IMG/VR virus record: IMGVR_UViG_2795385840_000015
Location: 39,363 to 103,362 of that record
DNA: 64,000 bases
Strand: one strand, 5' to 3'
Origin: a virus
Lineage: Duplodnaviria > Caudoviricetes
The notes beneath the pieces were generated by a model, which was not told the origin of the DNA, made no database searches, and was given only the letters and a program-made list of their open reading frames with translations. Position numbers and translations under genes: made by a program. Position 1 is the first letter of the stretch, and each line of letters begins with the position of its first letter. Positions 30,040 to 39,043 of this stretch are shown here, piece by piece.

Positions 30040-30561
30040 TTAGTTCTCGGCATGCGCGGATTCATATTGCTGAACTCGCTCGCGAAGTATCGGAACATTC
30101 CAGGCAGAGTTGAAGATCAGGTCGCGTAGATAAGGGTAGGTCAGATTTAGGTTCGGCTGATCGAAGATCACATCGTAGAACGGTACGCGTGCACCCTCGG
30201 GCGATGGACCATGCTCTGTCAGTACCGCTAGCGGCGGGCCGGAACGCTTGGAGAACAGGTTTATGTCTGCTCCACTTTCGATCAAGCGTCGCAGCATCGG
30301 AGCCTCATATGCCGGGTCGTGCTTACGCTGGTCGAACAGCACGTGTAAGACATTCACATTGTCGGGAGCTATAGAGGGGTCCGCGCCGTCATCCAGCAGC
30401 CTCATCGTGATAGCCACCCGCGCTTCAATGTCTCGATTAGCCACGGATGGAAACAGCAGTGTACGGCCTCCGCCGTCAACGAATGAGGCATCGTTGGGCG
30501 TGTACTCTCGCAAGAAGTCCTCGTAAGAACCTCGCTTGGCGACGGTGATCAGGCTGGCCAT
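30040..30561 (-). CDS. Ankyrin-repeat immunity protein candidate
   Basis: GRTLL..LLDDGADP, NVLH..LIESGADIN..GPPL; directly after toxin. Confidence 0.8.
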   Translation of the reverse strand: MASLITVAKRGSYEDFLREYTPNDASFVDGGGRTLLFPSVANRDIEARVAITMRLLDDGADPSIAPDNVNVLHVLFDQRKHDPAYEAPMLRRLIESGADINLFSKRSGPPLAVLTEHGPSPEGARVPFYDVIFDQPNLNLTYPYLRDLIFNSAWNVPILRERVQQYESAHAEN

Positions 30562-30582
30562 GTTGGCATCATCTTATACTAA

Positions 30583-32484
30583 TCATCGGTGCTCATCAAT
30601 ATGTGATCGATTTCTATAAGGGTCTTGTACGCGATAGTTCTCGGGGTCTCGGTATTCTGCGATGAAGTCTTTGAATGTTATTAAGCCATCGTGATACTGG
30701 TCGCGCAGTTTTGCATATTCGTTGCCGCCAACGTGTCCCATATCCCATAGGCCAGCTCGTGAGTCTCCGTCTCGCCATTCTATGAGTCGGTGCCCGTTTT
30801 CAACGGTCCAGTCGTCCCCGATTGGGCCTGTCGGATGTAAACGTACCCATTGTTGATCGGGACCAGGTTCCGGTAGGTCTATCTGGCCGCTGCGTATATC
30901 AGCTAGTTGCTCTTCGCGTGAAAGGCCCCATACGTCTATTAATTGATTCGGACCGTAGTCGGGCCTGTTGCCGTTTAGGTACTTGAGTGGATTGCCCTCC
31001 ATGTCCAGCCTTGGACCGTCAGCGTCCGGGGTTGCCGAGTGGTGGTCAGGGTTGGCCGGTGCTGGATGATCCGAAACAGGGGCGTGAGTGGGCGCGTGGC
31101 CTGGCACAGCGTCATCGAGTCCGTGGGTGAGGGCGCGGCCTTCGGTGCCGAGTAGTGCACCTTCGCCGCCGACGGGTGCTGTCGCGATGCCTGCGGCGAT
31201 TTCTATGCCGTGTTTGCCGATGAAGGCTTTGGGGTTGTCGATGCCAGATTTGACCTCATCGATAGCGCCCTCGGCCCTGTCGATGCCGCGTTCGACCTGG
31301 TGGACGGGATCGGGGTTGACCACATCCCATAGCCCCTTGGCGACACCGGTCCATGCCTCTTTCGCGTGGTCGCCACCGTTAATGCCCAACAGGTCATCCT
31401 TGGCGCGGCCAGCTTGATCCCACGACTCGGCGAAAGCCTCCCCGCCCGATTGCCGGACACGCTCAGGCGTGCCAGGTTCGGGCAGCGCCACCATGGGTCT
31501 GTCCTGCTGGGCGCCCTTGATGGCCTCGGACAGCTTGGCCTCTACCTGATCGGGCGGATACTGTGTGGCCAGGATGCTGCGGAACTTGTCGATGGCCGCT
31601 TTGCCCTGGGGGGTGTTGGGGTCCAGCTTGGGCGCGGGCATCGTGCGCGCATCTGGTGGTAGTCCCGACTTGTCCAAAGGGCTTTTGGGGTCGTTAATGC
31701 CCATCACGCCAAGGTTCCCGGTCAGGCCGCCTAGCCTGCTCGGATCAACGGGCGGCTTGTCGCCGGGTGAGGGTGGACCCAGCACGGGTGCGTGTGGATC
31801 GGTGGCGGTAGCAGCTGCGGCCTGCGTGCTGGCCGGGTCGGTGGCCTTGGGGTACCAGTCCTTGTAGAAATTAGCGTCCTGAGCCGCGTCAGGCTTACCG
31901 GGCGCGGTGTCCTTTACAGCCTTACCGATATCGAAAGTGCCTGCGGCACCGTTGACTTCGTTGTTAATGTCTCTAGCGGCACCTTCGGCGAGATGCTTAA
32001 CTTCCTGTTCGGCCTCGAACCACTTACGCGCCGATTCCTTAAGCTCCGCACCCCTGGTCTTGACTAGCTTCGCGTTTTCATCGGCCAGTTCCTTGCTTAT
32101 CCCCGGTGGCGGGTCGTAGCCCATTTCCAAGTCTTCAGTAAGCGTGACACCTTTACTGCGTTGGGACTCGGCGTTATGAATCATGGTCTGGCAGTTGATC
32201 AATTCAGGCACAATCGTGTGATCGACGGCTAGACCAGCGGTGGTCTGGAACTTGGCGTCTATGTCCTGAATGCGAGCGGCCACTTTCCAGCCGTCAGCGA
32301 CATTTTGTTGTCCCGCCTCGGCGGTCTGCCCCTCCCAAGCGGTGCCACCCGGCTTCTCGACATAGCCCTTGAAGGTTGAAACCTTCTGCTCGTACTTGGT
32401 CGCCAGAGTGTGTATGGCCTCAAGCAGCGGTTGGTAAGAGTGCGGATCGACCGCGAGTATCCCCGATTTCGTTGGCCCCGACAC
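30583..32484 (-). CDS. ESX-secreted polymorphic toxin with C-terminal GH-E/HNH nuclease
   Basis: N-terminal WEG motif, Pro-rich linker, C-terminal WDMGH..EY..F..EY.DPENY......NRSH.E. Confidence 0.85.
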   Translation of the reverse strand: MSGPTKSGILAVDPHSYQPLLEAIHTLATKYEQKVSTFKGYVEKPGGTAWEGQTAEAGQQNVADGWKVAARIQDIDAKFQTTAGLAVDHTIVPELINCQTMIHNAESQRSKGVTLTEDLEMGYDPPPGISKELADENAKLVKTRGAELKESARKWFEAEQEVKHLAEGAARDINNEVNGAAGTFDIGKAVKDTAPGKPDAAQDANFYKDWYPKATDPASTQAAAATATDPHAPVLGPPSPGDKPPVDPSRLGGLTGNLGVMGINDPKSPLDKSGLPPDARTMPAPKLDPNTPQGKAAIDKFRSILATQYPPDQVEAKLSEAIKGAQQDRPMVALPEPGTPERVRQSGGEAFAESWDQAGRAKDDLLGINGGDHAKEAWTGVAKGLWDVVNPDPVHQVERGIDRAEGAIDEVKSGIDNPKAFIGKHGIEIAAGIATAPVGGEGALLGTEGRALTHGLDDAVPGHAPTHAPVSDHPAPANPDHHSATPDADGPRLDMEGNPLKYLNGNRPDYGPNQLIDVWGLSREEQLADIRSGQIDLPEPGPDQQWVRLHPTGPIGDDWTVENGHRLIEWRDGDSRAGLWDMGHVGGNEYAKLRDQYHDGLITFKDFIAEYRDPENYRVQDPYRNRSHIDEHR

Positions 32485-32493
32485 CGCAGATCC

Positions 32494-32811
32494 TTAGATG
32501 TGCGGCGTCGGATGCTGGGACATGTTGCCGATCGAGCGCATCACAGCTACGCCGTGTTCCTCGGTTTCGATCACACCCGAAAGGAACGCTCCCCGCACAT
32601 CATTGAAGGCCCCCATCCACCCTATGAAGGTATGGCCCACGGTGGGCAAAACTTCGGTAGCTAGTGCTTGTAGAGCTACGAGGGCGGGGCTCGCGCCAGC
32701 GGACACTGCGCCACCGGTCGGGATGTCTGCACGCAGCTCAACAGCCAAGGCATCGATTTGCTTACCGAGCCGATCTAAGGCGTCCAAGTCAGCCTTAATC
32801 ACACCGCCCAC
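32494..32811 (-). CDS. WXG100-like secretion partner
   Basis: ~100 aa helical, IKADLDALDRL, WMG motif; upstream of toxin. Confidence 0.75.
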   Translation of the reverse strand: MGGVIKADLDALDRLGKQIDALAVELRADIPTGGAVSAGASPALVALQALATEVLPTVGHTFIGWMGAFNDVRGAFLSGVIETEEHGVAVMRSIGNMSQHPTPHI

Positions 32812-32905
32812 GATTTGCCGCCCTTCCCTGCGGAACTGATTACCGTGGACTATACGTGTAGTGACCAGTAAGGGCCATGGTTAGCGCAATAAGGACTTAG
32901 CTAAG

Positions 32906-33175
32906 TCACTGAGTGGTGGGTTTCTGCCAGTTAGCGCCGGAACGCTCACACCTCGGGTCCACCTTCGTTGGGTGGCCAGGGCAGTTCGCCGGAGGCGGCG
33001 GTGGCTTAGGCCAGACGGGGCCTGTGGGGGAGAACACTGCCACGATCCCGATTGCAAGCGCAGCAAAATGAGGTACCGTCAAACGCAGGTACCACCGTGG
33101 TTGGTTGGGTACTACCAGTGGGCCGGGTTTGGTTTGGTCGCCTTCCTGGCCCACTGGATCTAACTGGGCGTTCAC
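32906..33175 (-). CDS. Small membrane protein (TM + Pro/Cys)
   Basis: ATGA coupling; one TM. Confidence 0.55.
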   Translation of the reverse strand: MNAQLDPVGQEGDQTKPGPLVVPNQPRWYLRLTVPHFAALAIGIVAVFSPTGPVWPKPPPPPANCPGHPTKVDPRCERSGANWQKPTTQ

Positions 33176-33492
33176 TCAATATTCACGGGTTCTGCCTTTC
33201 TGACGAACACCGCACCGACAACCGTCAGGGCTCCAATCGCGGCTAACCCGAACATAAAGAATTTGACAGTCTCCCGTTTCTCTGCGCACAACGCCCGGTA
33301 ATCCGTTGGCGTGGGGTCACTTTGACGCGACTTCATATGCGCTTCCCATGAGCCCGGAGTGTCCGGGTGGCGGATGGTTCCACATTCAATGGTTCGGCCG
33401 GCAGCTGTGACAGAGGTGCCGTACCAAGCAAGGGATATCCCGACGCCTAAGAGGATTGCTCCGACGATGCCAATGAAGACGCGGGGGCTCAT
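33172..33492 (-). CDS. Two-TM membrane protein
   Basis: TM-IECG..C-TM; ATGA coupling. Confidence 0.75.
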   Translation of the reverse strand: MSPRVFIGIVGAILLGVGISLAWYGTSVTAAGRTIECGTIRHPDTPGSWEAHMKSRQSDPTPTDYRALCAEKRETVKFFMFGLAAIGALTVVGAVFVRKAEPVNIE

Positions 33493-34211
33493 GGTTCTCC
33501 TGACCAGTGTTGGGCGTGGGCTGTGATCAGCCAGGAGTTGATCTTGTCGTAGTCAGGTTCGGGCGGCAATGGCGATCTTGATTCAGCTGCGACGATGCGT
33601 GCCCGATACGTGTCGATACTGCGGAGGACGGTCGGCTCGGGCACAAGACCGTTCCGAATGTCTAGTAGATAGTGACGTTCGTCGTGCTCCATGGGCATGG
33701 TCATCGTCTGCTTGGTGAGCATTTCGTGGCCTTGGATGAGCAGCCGTAGAGCGTGGAACGCGGCCTTAGTGTCGTAGCCATGCTTGGCGACGAGTTCTGG
33801 ACGATTGGTGCGTGGGGCGCGCTCGCCAGTTAGCCGCGCTCGCATGCTGTCCGCATAGCCGATGTGTCGGGCAGCGAGTTTCCGAGACAGGAACATATCG
33901 CGGACGTTCTGTAGTCCGATTGAGTCTTTGACTTTGAGAACCGGCGTGAACAACAGGGTCATCACCGTTGGGTTTCCCTCGGTGACCAGCTTTACGTATT
34001 TGCGTAGCCCGTAATAGGTGGTCTCGGAATCTCCGGCCTCCGATTTGACGCCTTCGTCCTTGTCCCGGTCTCTTACCGCGCCAAGCTCGGGTTTGTTACC
34101 TAGTAGGGCTGTGGGTGGGTCGAGATAGATGCCCATGTAGTCGTGATCCGACTCGGCTGTACCGAGGCCGTGAGCAGTTGATCCAATCTCGCCAACAATT
34201 ACCGGTTTCAT
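33489..34211 (-). CDS. Pol-beta superfamily nucleotidyltransferase (PF10127-like)
   Basis: GSTAHG....SDHDYMGIY, GNPT, YDTKAAFHALRL. Confidence 0.85.
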   Translation of the reverse strand: MKPVIVGEIGSTAHGLGTAESDHDYMGIYLDPPTALLGNKPELGAVRDRDKDEGVKSEAGDSETTYYGLRKYVKLVTEGNPTVMTLLFTPVLKVKDSIGLQNVRDMFLSRKLAARHIGYADSMRARLTGERAPRTNRPELVAKHGYDTKAAFHALRLLIQGHEMLTKQTMTMPMEHDERHYLLDIRNGLVPEPTVLRSIDTYRARIVAAESRSPLPPEPDYDKINSWLITAHAQHWSGEP

Positions 34212-34234
34212 GTTCCCCCCTTATTTCTGGTTGG

Positions 34235-34274
34235 GGGTAAGGCTGAGAGCGTTCGGGGACTCCCAGCCTTACCC
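34235..34274. terminator. Strong hairpin between lsr2 and nucleotidyltransferase
   Basis: GGGTAAGGCTG...CAGCCTTACCC; no long T run. Confidence 0.5.
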
Positions 34275-34300
34275 TTTCAACCACCTAACCAACCCATTAG

Positions 34301-34756
34301 TTAGGAGTCTTTAGCCTCCCCGCCCGCATTGGCGGTGGCCTTGGTTCGACGTGTCCGCGCTGGCGGCTTTTCGTCAGCTAGACCATTGAGTTTGTCGGTG
34401 ATTTCAGCCGTGACCTGAGCACCGCTCGCGGCGTTGTATGCGTCAACGATGCCGCTAGGTACGCGCCCACGTGTGGATACTTTGTGCCCGTTCTTTGATG
34501 CCCATTCACGAATGGCTGCGGTTTGTTCCCTGTCGATCTTGGGCGTGGACCGCCGCCCATTTCCGCGTCGGCTGCGGCCACTGACGCGTCGCGCGCTTTC
34601 TACCCACTTGTTGATGTCCGCGCGCAGTTTGTCGGCGTTTACGGTGGCCAGGTCGATTTCGTAGGTTACGCCGTCGATACCGAATTCAACCGTTTCATCT
34701 GCTGAACGGGTGTCGTCAGTGTCGTCTACGTATTCGATGATGGTCTTGCGTGCCAT
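34301..34756 (-). CDS. lsr2: Phage-encoded Lsr2 nucleoid-associated protein
   Basis: MARK....VDD.D...[18 protein letters not shown]; IREWA..NG..VS.RGR. Confidence 0.92.
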   Translation of the reverse strand: MARKTIIEYVDDTDDTRSADETVEFGIDGVTYEIDLATVNADKLRADINKWVESARRVSGRSRRGNGRRSTPKIDREQTAAIREWASKNGHKVSTRGRVPSGIVDAYNAASGAQVTAEITDKLNGLADEKPPARTRRTKATANAGGEAKDS

Positions 34757-34785
34757 GTTGGTTTTCCTTCCGGTTGGTGGCCGTT

Positions 34786-34802
34786 TGTACGTGGCGTGTA
34801 CA
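34786..34802. promoter_or_regulatory. Fourth copy of 17-bp operator upstream of lsr2
   Basis: TGTACG-TGGCG-TGTACA; TTGACA on minus strand at ~34827-34832. Confidence 0.6.
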
Positions 34803-35280
34803 TGCTAATCACTCTCATGCGATCTTTGTCAAGTGACATACCTGACTAGGCGACAACCGGTTTTGTTTGTGACTTATCTACTGTTTTGTAGGTGGTTGCT
34901 TTTGTATCCGGGATGAGAATTTGAATGTTCTCTCAGTTGGCATTGGACGCGTGTGTTTGTGCGCGGGGTTTCGTTTACTGATTGCGCGCCCCAGCCGGTG
35001 CGCTAGGCCGTCAGCCACGGTGTGTCTGCCGGGTACGCCGCGTGCCGCGACTGTCCAATTAAGACGCTATCCAGATGGGGGAACACTCCCAAACTTTAAG
35101 AGTTTTTCTCATAAAGTTCTCACAGTCCCATCCTTGACTCGGGCGTGTCGATTTGTGTATAAAACCGCGCCCTAGCTGCATAGATGATAGCGATAGATGA
35201 GAGTTGTGATGAGACTCGCAACACTGCTACGCTCTAAAAGCCGTTAACCTGCGTTGATGGCTTCCTGTCTGGAAGGTAGT

Positions 35281-35324
35281 TGCGGATTAAAAGTCCGTAG
35301 CTCTACCAACTGAGCTATAGGGGC
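35281..35324 (-). pseudogene. tRNA-Lys(UUU) 5' fragment, probable prophage attachment junction
   Basis: GCCCCTATAGCTCAGTTGGTAGAGCTACGGACTTTTAATCCGCA then non-tRNA sequence; no T arm or 3' acceptor strand. Confidence 0.85.
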
Positions 35325-35463
35325 GTGCCGAGACAGGATACTGGTCGAGTGTGCGCGCGAGCACCGAGGTTATCCGGTTTGGGTTCTGAGGCAGTTGTGC
35401 CCTAAGCTGGGCGAGCTCCCAACGCGACACGCGTTGTGGGTACCCCGGAGAGATTCGGAACGG

Positions 35464-35536
35464 GCCCCCATCGTCTAGTGGCCTAGGACGCCGCCCTTTC
35501 ACGGCGGTAGCACGGGTTCGAATCCCGTTGGGGGTA
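35464..35536 (+). tRNA. tRNA-Glu(UUC)
   Basis: Full cloverleaf, anticodon TTC, GGTTCGAATCC. Confidence 0.97.
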
Positions 35537-35565
35537 CGCAACCAGTCATACTGGGAGCAGAGTAA

Positions 35566-35642
35566 GGCCCTGTGGCGCAGTTGGTTAGCGCGCCGCCCTG
35601 TCACGGCGGAGGTCGCGGGTTCGAGTCCCGTCAGGGTCGCCA
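35566..35642 (+). tRNA. tRNA-Asp(GUC)
   Basis: Full cloverleaf, anticodon GTC, CCA end. Confidence 0.97.
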
Positions 35643-35678
35643 GTACGGCGAGGCAGTAAGTAGTTGGGTCTGCCGTCC

Positions 35679-35755
35679 GGCCAGGTAGCTCAGTTGGTAC
35701 GAGCGTCCGCCTGAAAAGCGGAAGGTCGCCGGTTCGATCCCGGCCCTGGCCACCA
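35679..35755 (+). tRNA. tRNA-Phe(GAA)
   Basis: Full cloverleaf, anticodon GAA, CCA end. Confidence 0.97.
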
Positions 35756-35787
35756 CTTCTGACCTGCATGGACACGATTCGTGCACT

Positions 35788-36945
35788 CTATGGATGTTTC
35801 TGGGTGTCCGGTTTCTGTCCGTTCTTCGTGGACAAATCAGATGAATGAAGCCGGTCAAGATTGACTGCGACCTGGTCGAGTTCGTCTGAGTAGAGGTCGC
35901 TGTAGATATTCGCGGTCACGGTGGGCGTCGAGTGGCCCATGGTCTTCTGGACGTAGCGGAGATCAGCGCCGGAGGCGCGGGCCAAGCTGGCGTATGTGTG
36001 CCGGAGATCATGAATCGTGAGTGGCGCGAGTTGGGTGGCTTGAAGGGCCTTCGACCAGTGGGTGTGGCGTCGCCAATTGTTGGATCGGAGCATAGCGCCG
36101 TTCGGCGACGTAACGGCTGGCTCATCGGCGGGGCGGCCCTCGATACGCGGCGTCAGGGCGTCTATGACAACTTGTGGCAGCGGAACAGTGCGAACAGCGG
36201 CTCGGGTCTTAGGCGGACCGACAATTATGTGGCCATCGACCTCAGGGGCTGCTCGGCGCACGTACAGGCGGCGAGCGGCAAGGTCCACGTCGCAAATACG
36301 CAGGCCCACCAGCTCGGACCAGCGCAGTCCCGTGTAAGCCAGGATCGCTACTACGTCGCCCTGATCGCCACATGCCCTGGACAGGCTGACGACTTCGGAT
36401 GCCGTGAGATACCGATGGCGCTCACGCGGCGGGATTCGCCCTGCCGACACTCCCTGCGCAGGATTGCGATGGATGCGGCCGTCTTCCCGGGCGACCTCCA
36501 AAATCGAGCGCAGCAGCCGAAGCGTTGAGACTTTGGCCCACGGACCCACGGTGAGGCAATCAACGAACTCTTGAACCATCTGGCGGGTGATTTCATCGAC
36601 AGGCATATGACCCAAGCGGCGAGCGATGCGCAGTTCCCAGTGCTGCACATAACCACTCCATGTCTTGGGCGACACGGAGGGTCGTTTAGAGGCGCCGTAC
36701 TGCAACCAGATTCGATCTAACGTCGCTTTCCCAAGGCGGGGGTCGAACCGTTGAGTGCCGAGTGCAGTTTCGTTATCACGATCGGCCTTAAATGCCCGCG
36801 CCTCGCGGAGGCTACCGAACGTGGTGGATGTTTCCGTCCAGCCGGTTGTCGTCGCCGGGTCGCGCACGAGGTAACGGACCTGATAACGAGGCTGGCCAGA
36901 ACTGTTGAGGCGCTTGCGTATACCACGAGGAACCGAGCCTGCCAT
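35788..36945 (-). CDS. int: Tyrosine integrase
   Basis: TGLRWSE, PKT, HDLRHT, MGHS..VT..IY. Confidence 0.95.
   Translation of the reverse strand: MAGSVPRGIRKRLNSSGQPRYQVRYLVRDPATTTGWTETSTTFGSLREARAFKADRDNETALGTQRFDPRLGKATLDRIWLQYGASKRPSVSPKTWSGYVQHWELRIARRLGHMPVDEITRQMVQEFVDCLTVGPWAKVSTLRLLRSILEVAREDGRIHRNPAQGVSAGRIPPRERHRYLTASEVVSLSRACGDQGDVVAILAYTGLRWSELVGLRICDVDLAARRLYVRRAAPEVDGHIIVGPPKTRAAVRTVPLPQVVIDALTPRIEGRPADEPAVTSPNGAMLRSNNWRRHTHWSKALQATQLAPLTIHDLRHTYASLARASGADLRYVQKTMGHSTPTVTANIYSDLYSDELDQVAVNLDRLHSSDLSTKNGQKPDTQKHP
35805..35821. promoter_or_regulatory. Putative integrase arm-type site
   Basis: TGTCCGGTTTCTGTCCG; 16/17 match at 45334-45350. Confidence 0.65.
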
Positions 36946-37179
36946 CTATCGGCGAACCTGGCGAATCCACTTGCGCACGTCGGCTGCGTCCCAGCGGCGG
37001 ACACGATCAGACAGTGAATAGCAAGGCGGGCCGACGTCTTCGCCTTGGTCTCGTAAGGCGCCCCAGCGGTTCACCGTGGCAGCGGAAACGCCGAGTAGAT
37101 CTGCTACCTGGTCGGCTGTCAGCAGCTCGGGAAAATCTTCCGGGGCCCGTGTATTCGTACTGAGCTGGCGTACCGTCAT
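36946..37179 (-). CDS. xis: Excisionase-like HTH (AlpA/MerR type)
   Basis: LLTADQVADLLGVSAATVNRW..GPP..RRW; abuts int. Confidence 0.85.
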   Translation of the reverse strand: MTVRQLSTNTRAPEDFPELLTADQVADLLGVSAATVNRWGALRDQGEDVGPPCYSLSDRVRRWDAADVRKWIRQVRR

Positions 37180-37277
37180 GATGCTTCCTTCTGGTGGTCG
37201 ATGCTCACGCGGAACCATCTTGCGATGATTCCTTGTGCCTGAACGAAATTCATGTCGTCTTTCCGAGTCTTCTGAGG

Positions 37278-38642
37278 TTAATCGGGTGCGTTGAATAGGG
37301 CTTGGCTCAGCAGGTCAAGGGGATCGGCGGTCAACTGCCGGTGCTGTAATACCGATTCCACAAGGACAGGCTCGGGTGTGAAAGGTGCACGAAATTTGCA
37401 TAGTTCGCTGTTGACGTATGCAACGCCTACGCCGGTTGGCAGCCCGAGCGGGGAAACGAGATCGTCGGTTGACCATTCGCCGAGGACAGCGACAGCCGAC
37501 TCGCGGCTTCTGACGTTGAAGCAGACCCGCAGCTCTGCGTTGTCGCGGATTGGGGTACTGATTGCGTCTGCTGTCGGACGTTGGGTCGACAGGACAACCA
37601 CGATGCCTGCGCTCCGCCCGAGACGAACCAGATCCCTTATTAACAAGTCGATCTCGGTCGCCAGAGCCTTATCTTCCTTCGTGACGAATGCAGTGGGCTG
37701 GAGCTGCTGAACCTCATCGATGACGACGAACACAACGGGGTTCGATGGCGAGATCGGAGCCGACCAGAAATTCGGCGTACCGATCAGTTCGATCATGTTC
37801 TTGCGGCGGTGGTTCATCAGCAGTTGAACTTCGCGAAGTCCGTCGCGGACATCAAGCAGGTCTGCTTCGGCGGCGAGGTACCGATATGAACGGGGTGCCA
37901 GAGCCGCCAAATCGTGCCCGTGTTTCGCGTCCACTAGCACCCATTGGCACAGCGGGCTGGAGGCAAGCGCGGCGAAAACCCCTGTGAGCCAGGCTGTTTT
38001 GCCAGAACCGGGAAGTCCGCCAACCACGAGTCCGCCGGTGTTGGCCACAGGTAGCGACAACCAGTTGCCGTCTTCGTCGAAGCCAAGCCCGAGCGATAGG
38101 TCAGAAGCCGGAATCACGTGATCGGCGACGATATCCGTACTAAGCGGATCTTTGACCCGCAGCTGTACCTCCAAGTGATCGGAACGATCGATCACAACAA
38201 TGCTAGGAACAGAGAGAGCTGCTTGCAGCCGAGGCGCAGCTGACTGCCATGTCTCAACCGAGTGCCCCAGAGCCGGAAGTACGGCCAGCGATGCGCCGTA
38301 CGGGGTCGGTAATGCGCTACCGACAACTGTCGGTAGGTGCTCCACCGGCTCGATAGCCGTGGACCAGACGCTTCGAGCCTTGCTGGTGTGAGTGAGCCCC
38401 ACAGAGCGGCAAAGGTTCTGAAACTTCTTGGGAGACTGTAACAACTCGATGGCTGTCGAAAGCGGAGGATCGAAACTAGACCGGACCTCGGCGGACCGTT
38501 GCCAGTGAATCAACGCCCACACAATTGCCGCCAGGGCGGCTATCAGAAGTAGACCCAACCGCAGATCCGTTGGGAGTACGGCGCCGACGACGAGGAAGGC
38601 AAATAGACTGAGGACGATAGCCTTAACCGGCATTTTGGTCAC
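37278..38642 (-). CDS. FtsK/SpoIIIE-family DNA translocase (Tra-like)
   Basis: N-terminal TMs; GGLPGSGKT, VVIDE, GRSAGI, TQRP. Confidence 0.9.
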   Translation of the reverse strand: MTKMPVKAIVLSLFAFLVVGAVLPTDLRLGLLLIAALAAIVWALIHWQRSAEVRSSFDPPLSTAIELLQSPKKFQNLCRSVGLTHTSKARSVWSTAIEPVEHLPTVVGSALPTPYGASLAVLPALGHSVETWQSAAPRLQAALSVPSIVVIDRSDHLEVQLRVKDPLSTDIVADHVIPASDLSLGLGFDEDGNWLSLPVANTGGLVVGGLPGSGKTAWLTGVFAALASSPLCQWVLVDAKHGHDLAALAPRSYRYLAAEADLLDVRDGLREVQLLMNHRRKNMIELIGTPNFWSAPISPSNPVVFVVIDEVQQLQPTAFVTKEDKALATEIDLLIRDLVRLGRSAGIVVVLSTQRPTADAISTPIRDNAELRVCFNVRSRESAVAVLGEWSTDDLVSPLGLPTGVGVAYVNSELCKFRAPFTPEPVLVESVLQHRQLTADPLDLLSQALFNAPD

Positions 38643-39009
38643 CGCCAGCAGGACGGCGCGAAGTGGTTGAGACAGACGGCGTGGGTTCCACAGATCCTAC
38701 CGACAGCCACAACCCTGTCTTTGGGCGAACATTGCCCGGTGCGGTGGCCCACGGGGCGGCACGGACACCTCGCAGCTTGACTGGGCCAGAGTACGTTGGC
38801 TCGGTACCCCAGACGGTCCATGAGATAGTTCGTACCCCAGTCTCTGTGCGTACCAAGGCATCCACTACCCAGCCGCACTCACCGGATTTATTTCGAGCCT
38901 CGACCTCCTGCCCATCCCTGAACTCTGTCTTTGAACGAACCTGAACTACGTCTACCTGGCTGAAGAACTCATCGGCCACTGGTACGTCATTGAGACGGTC
39001 TATCGCCAT
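38623..39009 (-). CDS. AICE accessory protein, possible SSB-like OB fold
   Basis: G...WVVD..V.L.GVRAAPW...GLW; position before FtsK. Confidence 0.55.
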   Translation of the reverse strand: MAIDRLNDVPVADEFFSQVDVVQVRSKTEFRDGQEVEARNKSGECGWVVDALVRTETGVRTISWTVWGTEPTYSGPVKLRGVRAAPWATAPGNVRPKTGLWLSVGSVEPTPSVSTTSRRPAGGDQNAG

Positions 39010-39043
39010 TTCTTTTACTCCTTCGAATCTCTCGTGCAGAGCC

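Larger units (their letters stand above)
1..35324. mobile_element. Temperate siphovirus prophage (left end, integrase and repressor outside window), bounded by a tRNA-Lys(UUU) 5' fragment
   Basis: Canonical terminase-portal-capsid-tail-TMP-lysin order; accessory block; truncated tRNA-Lys at 35281-35324. Confidence 0.95.

Noticed and set aside
35287-35858. ORFs overlapping the tRNA cluster, and 45355-45924 over the att repeat
   Set aside because: Antisense translations of tRNA sequence; the shared peptide GGQGRDRTGDLPLFR only reflects the att duplication
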